A stretch of DNA of 64,000 nucleotides from the human T2T-CHM13v2.0 reference genome, Homo sapiens. Each line of letters opens with the position of its first letter. Within the stretch, counting starts at the first letter, position 1. Made by a program: the position numbers and the translations under genes. Below, piece by piece: positions 15,904 through 28,246 of this stretch. The stretch is from the NCBI RefSeq assembly GCF_009914755.1, contig NC_060947.1, one strand, 5' to 3'. Under the pieces are notes generated by a model. It was not told the DNA's origin. It saw only the letters and a program-made list of their open reading frames with translations, and did not search any database.

Positions 15904-18101
15904 TAGTTATGCCTTATTCCTTGATCTCTTATTTCTTTTGGAGTTCACTTAACCCATCAGGAATAGAGGTTAGAATCTAGTTCCTAGTTCTTTTTTACCT
16001 TTGTGTCCCATCCTTTTTCAGATTCCTTCCTTTTTCTCCACTTCTTCCCTGTTCTCATTTTCCCCCTTTTTTTTTCTCTCCAAACCCCAACCAGCTCTCC
16101 AGTCTGCGAATCCCCGTGGTATTTAAAGTTGATGCATGCAACCTAATTCTGTATTTTAGTCTTTTCTAATGAGTCCTCCCGTGTCTCCCCAAAGAGATAA
16201 TATTCCACTCAAGGGCAGGGACCATATCTTCTTAGTTTACTTATGATTTCCAAATTTGTTGCTTGAAAAACTTAACAAAACAATAAAGCTCAGTGAATGT
16301 GGTTCTTTTTCTAACAAGATATACCAGGCGCATGATGTGGACGTGCTACAGTAGCTAAAACCAGTGGGAATCTTATGAATAGTAAGGTGGGGCCATTGAC
16401 ACTAGTGTGTTGTTGACATCAGTAAAATAAATATATTTAAAGTATTAATTAATATAATGGCATCTCTGGATTCCTGTCGGATAACCAGTAAGTTTGTGCT
16501 GCAACAAGAGATGGTTGTGGTGTTTGACTATAGCATTTAGCACAGTTCCTGCCATACAAGACTACTTTATATATATAAACACACTTTATATGTTCATAAA
16601 ATAGATGATTAAGGTCTATTTTAGAAACATAACAATTTGAGCAATTTAAAAAATGAGTAATTAATAACAGGCAGTGACTCTGATAAAGGAATGAAAACAA
16701 AACAAAACTGAGTTGTATGAAAATACTTCCAGACGCCATTGTTACAACTACAGTGATTCATTCCTTAATTCAACAGCTCAAACATCTCCAGCATTTCCAG
16801 GAACTAGGAAGATATCATTTTAGGGCCAAAGCAGAAGCAAGTGGTTTTGGTCATTTGTAAATTGGCTAGTATTTTTTTTTAACATTCAATACATTATTTG
16901 AATAATGTCATACTGTTAAAATTAGATCAGATATACTTGGGAAAAAGTGCCCAGCATTCGTAAGAAAAGTACAACGGAAAGAAACATTTTAGGGTGCTAA
17001 CTGTTGATCTGTGGTTTCTCAAAATTTCAAGTATAACAAGTGAAAATCAGAAGATTTCAAAGTAACCCTTCTTCTGTCCACTCTCCCTGGAAATGTCCCC
17101 AGTTTTACTACTCTGGGAAAGGTGAGATCTTGCCCCAATTCATTAAATAGGGCTCCAGTAGTAGCCTGCCTGCAGTTCTGATTTTACTTTGCTCAAGAGA
17201 ACACAGAGAAAGGATTATGAAAACCAATATAGGTAAGCTTAGCAGAATCTATTCTGATGGATTTTGGCTTGCGGAGGGACAAAGCAGACCTATCAATCTA
17301 TTACTATGGCTTCAATTTCCTCGGGTTAGAGATGCTTTCCAAAATGAGAAATAATTCCTGCCCACTAAGAGAAATTACCACTGCAGTCAGCTTCCTTTCC
17401 TGAGTAAATACAGGTAAAATGGGGCACCTACCCACCTTCCTTTTCCCCCAAACCCATTACACTGTTTCCCCCAAATGCAGTCTAATAAGCTTTTTGAAAA
17501 TTGTGTTGCCCCTAAACACAGTCTAATAAGCTTTTTGAAAAATCAAATGGAATAGCTAGTAAATGAAACTGGAAGAAAAATAGAGCAAATAACACTGGGG
17601 CTTCCTGGCTAGGCTTTGATATTTGAGGCTTGAAGATAACCTCACATTTGAGTTATTAAGCCTGTGATTCCTCAGGGGGAAACTTTAAATGGGCCAGAAC
17701 TCACTCCCAAGGGAACAGTGACTTTCTTCGGTCAACGATAAAGCTGACTCATTATACGGAGGCTCTCTCAGGAAGTTCACTGTCAGCCATTTAGGAAACT
17801 CCACATATGGGTACATACTAGAGGTGCTGAGGTGATGGTCTCTACAGCTAATGGAAGAGCTTCAAAACCAATCTGTTCAGAAAATAACGGATTAATGCAG
17901 GGGTCCTTGATGAACCTGCTCCAAGGCCAAAACTGGTGTGTGTTCTCATATGTTGGTACCTGTGCGTTACAGGATGTTAAATATTTTGACCATCATTTCT
18001 ATAGGAGTGAAAGTCTTATTTAAAACAAAACAAAACAAAACAAATCACTTTCTGAAATGGAATAGTCAGGCATACATTTGTAAGTTGATTTCTAAACCCT
18101 A

Positions 18102-18398
<297 letters not shown>

Positions 18399-18442
18399 TG
18401 ACTTAAAATGTTTCAAAATTAGGAAATATTTCAACTGGTTAG

Positions 18443-18830
<388 letters not shown>

Positions 18831-18839
18831 CACATATCT

Positions 18840-19380
18840 ATTTCTTAAAAAGGAAATGATATGGATATAGCCAATCCCATCTCCTTATCCCTATCCTCTT
18901 TTTCCTTCCTTCTCCAGAGGTAACTACTGTCCTGAAGTTAGTGTGTATCATTCCCATGCATGTTTTTATAAATTTTCCACATATGTGTATATATCCATGA
19001 ATAATATATAGTATTGTTTTTGTGCTTTAAAAACTTATGTAGGAGATGGATGACAGTGATGGCTAAACAATAATGTGAACGTACTTAATGCCTCAGAACT
19101 GTATGTATAATAAAATAGTAAATATTGTTATGTATATTTTACCACAATAAAAACACGTAAATTATATTACACCTTATGTATCCTTTTGCAATTTTCTCTT
19201 TTATCCATGCAACATTATATTTTTGACTATTAATGGTTTTACATGTAGATCTAGCTCATTCATTTTTACTGTTGTATAAATGTTCCATCATTTGACCAAC
19301 CCCGTCAATGGATTATTAGGTTGTTTCTATTTTTTATACTACAGTTAATATCATAGCACATGTCTTATGCATGTGTGTAC
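18840..19380 (-). mobile_element. Old L1M(E) 3' fragments, with a nested plus-strand L1M 3' end at about 19040-19155
   Basis: ctccagaggtaactactgtcctgaag... pattern. Nested piece ggagatggat...tatattttaccacaataaaaa. Confidence 0.6.
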
Positions 19381-20089
19381 TTGTGACTGTCCATACACTC
19401 TTCTTCAGTCAAGCACCCTCTAGCTCATCTCTCTGATGTTGCAATTTTTCCCCTTTAGTTGAACAATGAATTTTCCACGTAAACAGAATTAAATTAGGGC
19501 TGTGTCTGTACAATCAATGAAGTCTGAAAGAAGAAAATTTGAATGCAGTCAAACAATTTTGAAAACAAAATGTTTATTACAAATCTTGAAAATAATCTAC
19601 TTAATAATAGTTATTAGCTTAAAAAAGTATTTTAATACTTATCCTCTTTCTCATCATCATACTTCATTCAGTACTTATTCTGTGCCAGGCACTGTTTAAC
19701 CCATCTTGCGTCATTTCATCCTCTATAAACCCATAATGAAGGTAGGTACTATTTCCATTTTACAGATGACAAAACAGTGGCTCAAAGATGGATTCAAAAT
19801 AAATTTGAGCCCATTTTTATCTGTACTATTCCAAAGTCTCTGGTTTTAACTACTGCAAACACTTCCTAAGTTTTCCAAATTTCACAGGGCTCAAATTGGA
19901 GAGGCACATGGTATGATTTAAGGGTCACTAAAAAGTCTGCCCACCTGCCTTAAATATATTATATCTTTACGACAGGAAGATTCTTCCAGCTGGACACAAA
20001 CTCTAGAGATGTTAAGAAGATATATTGATAAATCTGACCATATGAAGTTAGAAAATTCTATAGGGTTAAAAAAAGAGAAAAAAATGACA

Positions 20090-20900
20090 AGCTTGGAAAA
20101 ATATTTGGAACACATATGAAAGACAAAGGGATGTTTTTCTTAATTTCCAGAACAGAAAGGACAACAGCTCAGTAGAAAAACTGGAAGGGGATATGAAAGT
20201 GAATTTACCAAAAAAGAAATACAAATGGTCACAACAGATATGAAATGAGACTCAAATTCATTGATAATTAAAGGAATGGAAATTAAAGTTACAAGCTACA
20301 AGACACCATTTCCCACTGCTCAGATGGGCATACATTAGGAGGTTTATATTGAGAGCTGCTGAGGGTATTGCAGACTGGCACTCTGATACACTATTAGTGA
20401 GACTGTAAATGTGTTCAATCTTTTGGGAGGACAATTTGGCAATATCTACTACTGCTAAAAATTAACCCTATGTATATACTCACAAAAGTGCTCCAAAATA
20501 TATGAACCAGGTTATTCATTGCAGCACTGTAATAATAAAAGATTAAAAACAAGCAACAAGTATATCAAGAGGCAACTGGCTTAATACATTATGGTGTATC
20601 CATATGTTATAATATCGTGCAGCTCTTAAAAACAAAGAGGTAGAAATGTACCTGCTTTTATGGAAAGATCTTCAAGACATATTATTAAATAAAAGAAGCA
20701 GGGTGAGGAGTAATCTATATGGTATGGTTTCCTTTTATGTAAGGGAAAAATATATATATAGGTCTGGAAGGAATCTCAAAAGCCTGTTAAAATTGGTTAT
20801 CTTTACAGAGAGAGACCTGGGTGTGTTTGTGGCAAAGAAGCCTGAAATTTCTTTTGTATCTTTCTATACAGTTTGAACTATCAAACCATAGACATTTTAT
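20090..20900 (+). mobile_element. Old L1M(E) fragment
   Basis: Highly degenerate ORF2 C-terminus and 3'UTR (gactgtaaat..ttcaatcttttgggaggacaatttggcaatatc; tggaaagatcttcaagacatattattaaat). Confidence 0.7.
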
Positions 20901-21469
20901 TACTTTTACATTTTTATGTTTCAATGTCAAGAGTGCTTATCTAGATGCCTTTTAAATTTTTCTTCTTTCTCCTACTCTTTTTTAAAAAAAATAAATGTAA
21001 TTTAAATATCTTTTACTACTGGCCTGCCAGGATTCCTTCAAGGTCTTCCATTTAGGTTTCTTCCTTGACTTACGGTATTGCCCCTTCAGCAGGTCTCCTG
21101 TAACATGCTCAGGTGGGAGTAACCCATTGTCAACCATCAGTACTATGACACTCCTTCTTGGAGAGCTGTCATCTATGAAAACAGAGAGCTGAGTCCTCAG
21201 AAATCGGGCCATAGGACAAGACAGGGTGTGTATGTGAGAAAATAACATACATGTATTTTTAAGAAAAATACAAAAGTTGCACTTTATTTCATAACTAGAC
21301 ATCAACTCAAAAAATAATATCTGGTCTTTTGTTGAATTATAATAAATGCTCAGAAAATTAAAGAGAAGAAAAGTCACTTATAATTCCTTATGCCCTTATA
21401 TAGCAATTATCATTGCTAACATTTACATATACTCCCTTTCAAACTTTCTCTCTCTATATACATAGAGAG

Positions 21470-22140
21470 AAATATATAATATATAGTAATATATAATATA
21501 TATTATGTCATATATAATATATAGTACTATATAATATATATTATATAATATATAGTACTATATATTATAATATAGTACTATATATAATATATAATAATAT
21601 ATATTATAATATATAGTACTATATATAATATATAGTACTATATATTATAATATATAGTACTATATATAATATATAGTACTATATATTATAATATATAGTA
21701 CTATATATAATATATATTATAATATATAGTACTATATATTATATATTATATAATATATAGTACTATATATAATACTATATATAATATATAATATATAGCA
21801 TTATATAATATATAATATATAGTATTATATAATATATAATATATAGTAATATATAATATATAATATATAGTAATATATTATATATAATTATATAATACAT
21901 CATAATATATAATATATAATTATATAATATAGAGTAATATATAATATATAATATAGATTAATATATAATATATAATTATATAATATACAATATAGAGTAA
22001 TATATAATATATACTTATATAATATATAATATAGAGTAATATGTAATATATAATTATATAATATACAATATAGAGTAATATATAATATATACTTATATAA
22101 TATACAATATAGAGTAATATATAATATATAATATATATAT
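21470..22140. repeat. AT-rich minisatellite or low-complexity array with palindromic units (TATATAGTACTATATA, later ATAGAGTAATAT)
   Basis: About 670 bp of almost pure A/T, with ten AGTACT-centred units between about 21523 and 21764. Confidence 0.95.
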
Positions 22141-22241
22141 TACCCTTACACCCTTACAGATGAGGCAGCATACAGTACATACAGCTTTGTGTCCTGAACT
22201 TTTCATTGAATGCTATCTTGTGAATATCTTCCTTATACCTG

Positions 22242-22456
22242 CAGGGGCGTACCAAGGTTTGGGGGAGCAGGTGGGAGTGGTTGGTTCTGGGTATAGAGAG
22301 TAAGGGGAAGTGCATTTTCTGTTGAAATCTTAAAAAACAATAATAAATCTGGTGAATAGTAGGTCTGCTTTAACTATCAACATTCGCTGGAAATTCCAAA
22401 TAATGTCAGTGATAAAATACTTCTTCCACTGTCCCATCCCCCTTTAGTATGCCACT
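22242..22456. mobile_element. hAT-type MITE with terminal inverted repeats
   Basis: Ends caggggcgtaccaagg and cctttagtatgccact. 8-bp flanks tatacctg and tataccca. Confidence 0.55.
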
Positions 22457-24529
22457 TATACCCACCCAGTTCTGATTAGGGAAGAGAGGAGACAAAAAGT
22501 TGGATTTCTATCTAGGAGAGATAGACTGAGGGCTGCCGCAAGGGGCTCAGAGTTAGGCAGGGAGTCACTGAAAGATGGGATGAAGAGGAGACATTTTAAA
22601 CATCCCCTATTTTCTGCTTAGATCTGTCCAGCTTAGATAACTTTTAAACATATGCTTGACGTAAAAAAAAAAAAAAAAAAAAAAAAAAGCGGCTGACTAT
22701 GAGGTACTCCTGGGTTTTTTTTTTTTTTTCCCAACAAAAAAACCCAGAAGCTGTCTTTATGTTGCATATAACTTATGTCATTAATGATGCTGTTGTAAGT
22801 GCCCTGAGTAGTGACATCTATAAACCCTGGGCTGAAGTGGCCAAAAATGGAATCAATTGTTCAATTATAAAATAAAAAATGAACTTCTTTACTCTATTTC
22901 CAGCTGTGTTTTAGCCTGTGACAGTGTTAAATTCATAGATTTCCAAAGAAATCTTAGTTTGCTGCATGTTGTTTGAATTTTACACTATAAAACTACTAAT
23001 TTATCCAGTATTTCTGGAGGATCCATGAAGCTAAAATGATCTTTTATGACTCTGCTAGTGTAGAGTGAATATTCTGGATTCCCTAGGAAGTCAACACACT
23101 GTAGACTTCAGATTCCTTCAAAAATCAGCAAAGCATGCTAGTCTCACCAGGAAATGACTTCCCAATTTCTTTAATTTTATAGTCAGCTCCATGCATTTGG
23201 TAATCGTGAAATTACTGGACCATCTTGTATTGATGGTGGACTAATATGGAGCCATGATCAAAGTTCAACTCTAATACAGCTTTATGTTTTAGAATCTTAA
23301 AAACAAACATTTTGCATGGACAGAAGTGTCCTAATTAACTTCTGAAGAATCTGTACATTAAAACATCTTACCCTGCTGGAGAAGACTGATAAAGCAAACA
23401 TACTACCTTTTGCTGAAGAGAAACTGTATTTAGAAGGAACTTGCTATTCTCATAAAACTTTCAATAGGAAGAAGTGAATCAAATTTCTTAATTACCATTT
23501 TATGGTTGGTAAAAGGGCAAATTACATGCCATCCATTTCTAAACTTCTAAATGTCTCTGGTGCTTTTAATTAAAGCTGCCACCTAGAAACTACTAAAGCA
23601 ATTTTACACAATTAGTTATTTATAGGTTACCATAATACACCACTCAAAATATGATTTAAGTGATTTGCAGCCTATTAGTGTGTGATCTCTGTCACTTTTT
23701 TGGCAGGGGTGGTGAGGACTCTTCTTTTTCATCAGCTGAGGCAGATAAGAAAAGTGTGACATTGAGGAGCTGTGATAGGGAAGCAAAGTTATTTTGGCTA
23801 GCGATCTTAAATAAAAAGAGGAACCAGAATTCCAAGCTGTCAGTCTTTGCATGTAGGCGTCCAAGTTTCATTCTAGACAATACTGTGGAGATGAAGTATA
23901 TCAGTGCTATTCCTCCACCTCTTCCCACTTTGCAGCTATTCTGCCATATACCTAGCACCACACTTCTCCATGCTACCTTCAGTGGTTCCCACCTAGGCTT
24001 GTCTTTCTCAGGTGATCTTGTCAATCCAAACATATCCATCTTCTGCTCCATTCCCTCCAGGCCCCCATTCCCTCCAGGCCCCCATAAAGTGTTTTAATGA
24101 AGAATTAATATGCTGCTCTCCTAGACAATTCCCTGCACCACATACTAAGTTTGCATCTGAAGAAAATCCTTATGGGAATGAATTTAATTGTGAAATAGTA
24201 CGCTGCTAAGGGAATTACTTTAGTTAGATGGGCCTTGTGGGGCTCCCCAAAATATAACATGTACAAGGAACCAACACTAGAATTGCTGCATCTCAAGGTG
24301 AGGAGGGGTCGGCTAGTCAAATCACATACAACATGTGAATTCCATCCTACCTTGACTCTTGCTTCTTCTGTGGCACCCATCCTACCTAGAAATTATCAAG
24401 TCTCAGATTGACCTACAAGGACATAATGTTTCCTTCCTTCCAAAGTAACTTATTACATATATGGGTCATTATTATAATTATTATGACTATAGCAACAAAA
24501 CAGCAAGACTGAGCATAACAGTAAGTAAT

Positions 24530-24775
24530 ACTGTTATGTAATACAGTAACATACTTTATGCTGGGTGTCACACTAGGCAATTTACATACATTATCCAACA
24601 ACCCATTGTGTAGGCACTATTACTAGTTTTCCAACTTTACAGATGAGGAATCTGAAGCTCAGGGAAGTTAGGTGACTTGCCTAAGGTTAAACATTTAATT
24701 AGCAGTGGATCTGGGATTTGCCTCCATTTCTGTTTGACTCAAAAACCTGAAAAATTATCTACCATGTTATCTGGC
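24530..24775 (-). mobile_element. MIR
   Basis: Core tttacagatgaggaatctgaagctcagggaagttaggtgacttgcctaagg. Confidence 0.85.
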
Positions 24776-25539
24776 CTCTAAAATATTACCTCTGTGCTTG
24801 CTAGAATCTGATGCATACATGAAAATTAAGACAAATGCAGAAGAAAAAGTCATTTAATAATGCATCTGTGGCTTCATAAAAATTGAAAAAACTTAATATA
24901 GGTCTTCCAACCATGGATGCTACCTAGACCAAACAGGCAATGAGCCAAGGCTAGATGTAAGTGCCTTCCTTTTGTCTGACTTCTCTCATCAACAGCTTAT
25001 GGCTTTGGGATTGCAACAGAACAGGCCGGAAGGTCCTCAAGTTCCAGTTGCTGACATAATCTAAGGCCAAAATCTTTTGACTACCCTAAGCAGATGCATT
25101 AGATGAACTGTGCATAAAAAACAGGTTAACCTCTAATTCTGGTTGTATAACAGGCACTAACTCTTCTGTTGCAGTTACAGTAAGCTGAGAGACCACTAAC
25201 AGTGTTTGAGACAGAAACCCCCCCTAAATGAAAACAGCACAAGGTCATTGAGGGATAAACAACAAATATTTTGCCTGAATTTTAAGGCTTTATCAAACAT
25301 GTTTTTTTCAAGATGTTTCTGATTCTAAAACAAGGTTGTTGGAGTAAAATTCTCATAAGAAATGTCTTGAAACTGGGCTAGGAATTTGGCCATGGGTGGT
25401 AGAATGCTGTCTTACCCAGAAGGAAGACTTCAGTAAGTGCCTCTCCTAAACCTTTCCCACTTACACCCTCATTTTAAGCAGAACAGATCCACTTCTCAGA
25501 ACACGGAGGCTATCAAGATGAAGAATCATCACTCTTCTA

Positions 25540-26340
25540 GCTTCTCCTACTACAAACTGATCCTCATCCCTATACCCTACAAATAATCGCTTCAGTCTCC
25601 CCTCCTATTCTAGGCCGACTTCCTTCCAGTTTCCTCCATGCTTTGATTTATTCCCCGTCTTCTTTATCTTTCCATTGACTGATAAGCATTGCCACATCTC
25701 CCCTTATAGAAAAAGGCTTCCTGAGTTCATTGGCCTCCCACGATTTATCACTCCATCTCTCACATTCAAGCTTCTCAGAAGAGTGAGCTTCACCAGTGAT
25801 ATTTATTTTCTCATCTCTCATGGGCTCATCAAATGACTAAAATCTGGCTTCCACCTCTACCACCATCCAAACCACCAATGGCAGGGTCACCAACGAACTC
25901 CTCATTGCCTAATGCAATAGCTACAAATGTGTGACACTTGATACTGTTTTTCACACCTCCTTGAAATTAACTACTCTCTGGCTTCCTGGACAGTGTGCTC
26001 TTTTGGTCCACCACCCTTTTTTCTGAAGGTTTCTGCTCTGTTTCCTTCATTAGATCCTCTTCCATTGCCAATCTTATACAGATGAGTACTCCCTGTCATT
26101 TATTTGCCCCAGTTTTGCTCCAGCGCATTTATTACCCTGTCGCCAACATTATCAAAAACGCATGCACAAGGTGGTCATCTCTCCTGCTTCAAATCCTTTC
26201 CCTATAGGATAAAATCCAAACTTCCTTTTCTTGCTTCTGCCCCCCTTTCCTATTACTCTCCAATATTCTTACTCTAAGAATACTGAATTATTTGCAGTTT
26301 CCTAAATATACCATTCTTTTTATCCATGCTATGGCTTACC
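25540..26340 (+). mobile_element. L2 fragment
   Basis: Degenerate RT motif tctggcttccacctctaccaccatccaaacc (SGFR..HST-like) and ataggataaaatccaaacttcctt. Confidence 0.65.
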
Positions 26341-27692
26341 CGTAATTTTGTTGAGGGCTGTCCCCAGTGTCAATCTAAATGGCTTTGTTACCAAGATGGA
26401 TCATATGCTAAAGGAATTTAGGAAAAACCATACCACTTCCATTGAACAGGAGAACCAAAAGAACATTCTATGTCTGTTTCTTTACTACACTGTCTCCCTC
26501 ATAGACACCAGTGACATCAGCAAAAAGTCACTGATTATAGCCTTAGCATCTTTCCATTAACCCCAAATATAACTTTTCACAATAGCATGCAGATGCCAGG
26601 AGAATGAGTAGGGCTTCAGGATGTACTTCAGCTAGACCTGGATAGGGACAAAAACAGATTGTTTGTGTCTAGACTTTGTTATTCCCAGATTTCTTAATTT
26701 CCAATAAAGTTAAGATGAATCCCGTAAGGTTAGTGTCATGTATACCCTAAAAACACTTTTGGAAGCCGTCAAGATTTAAGGATCATTTCCTTCCTATGGA
26801 ACAGCTCAGAGGCTGTTTGCACTTGTCTGGATATTGCCTAAGTTCTGCTCCTGCTGAGTTCTGGCGTCAGTTTGCCTGAAGATGTACATGAGAATAGAGA
26901 TATAACCCTTGGTGAGGTCCAAGAGAACCAAATTAAGTCACTGATTAATTTCATCCTGTCCAGTCACTCCTTCACCTTCCGTATCTACTTAAAAAAATAA
27001 ATGCATCCAGCTTGTCACAAATTTTATTTTATATCCCCACCTAGTACCATTTCACATTCTGCTTAAGTACTTGGTCATCTATTACATGACTCATTAGTTT
27101 CAGTTCTCTGTAGAATTAAAGAAAGTTGCAGTAAAAATAATAAATGGAACCTAAGTTTCAACTACATCATCCATGCATGTTTTAAAAGCATCTTTCAAAG
27201 TCAATTCAAACTCATATACAATGCCAGGGATTAGTACTCCATCAACCTCTTTTCGAAACTTTTTTTCTTTGTCCCATTACATTGAAGTATTGATGAGTAA
27301 AATGGCAAATGTTTCTCTTTGTTGAGATTCAGATCTAAGTGCATAAAACTGGATCAGATAAAGACTTCCTCCCAGGAGAAGTACCCAGAGGCTATCACAT
27401 GAAATTCTATTTGGGGACGCTTCCATTTTTCCTTCAAACAAAATTTGTAGTTACTACTGTAGTCAAGAAATTTAATAAAATGAAGATTTCCTGCCTGTGT
27501 CCCTTAAGGAAAATTTGGTGAAGTTTCTAATTACAGAATCTTCCAAAGAGAAGTGACAAGGTTTCCTGGAGATTTATTTGAATAATTACATTTACAGAGT
27601 ATGTAAACGCTATCTATGTAGTGCACTATGGGTACACTACTAGGTCAGAAAAATCTGAGAAATGGTTTTAATAGGAAAAGGAAACTAGACTA

Positions 27693-28109
<417 letters not shown>

Positions 28110-28193
28110 TCATGGGTTTTTCGGAGTCAGGCAGACCTGGTTTGAATTCCAGTGTTGTTATCTGTAAACTGTGTGAAACTGGGTAAATTTCTT

Positions 28194-28246
28194 TTTTAAA
28201 AAATAACTTTTATTTTAGGTTCAGTGGTACATGTGTAGTATGTCCA
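28194..28246 (-). mobile_element. Very short L1PA 3'-end insertion
   Basis: aacttttattttaggttcagtggtacatgtg flanked by the 12-bp TSD ggtaaatttctt (28182-28193 and 28247-28258). Confidence 0.75.

Noticed and set aside
23616-24380. Cluster of overlapping 65-145 aa ORFs on both strands
   Set aside because: No recognisable protein similarity, no exon structure matching TENM1 phases, and mostly non-ATG starts. Consistent with chance.
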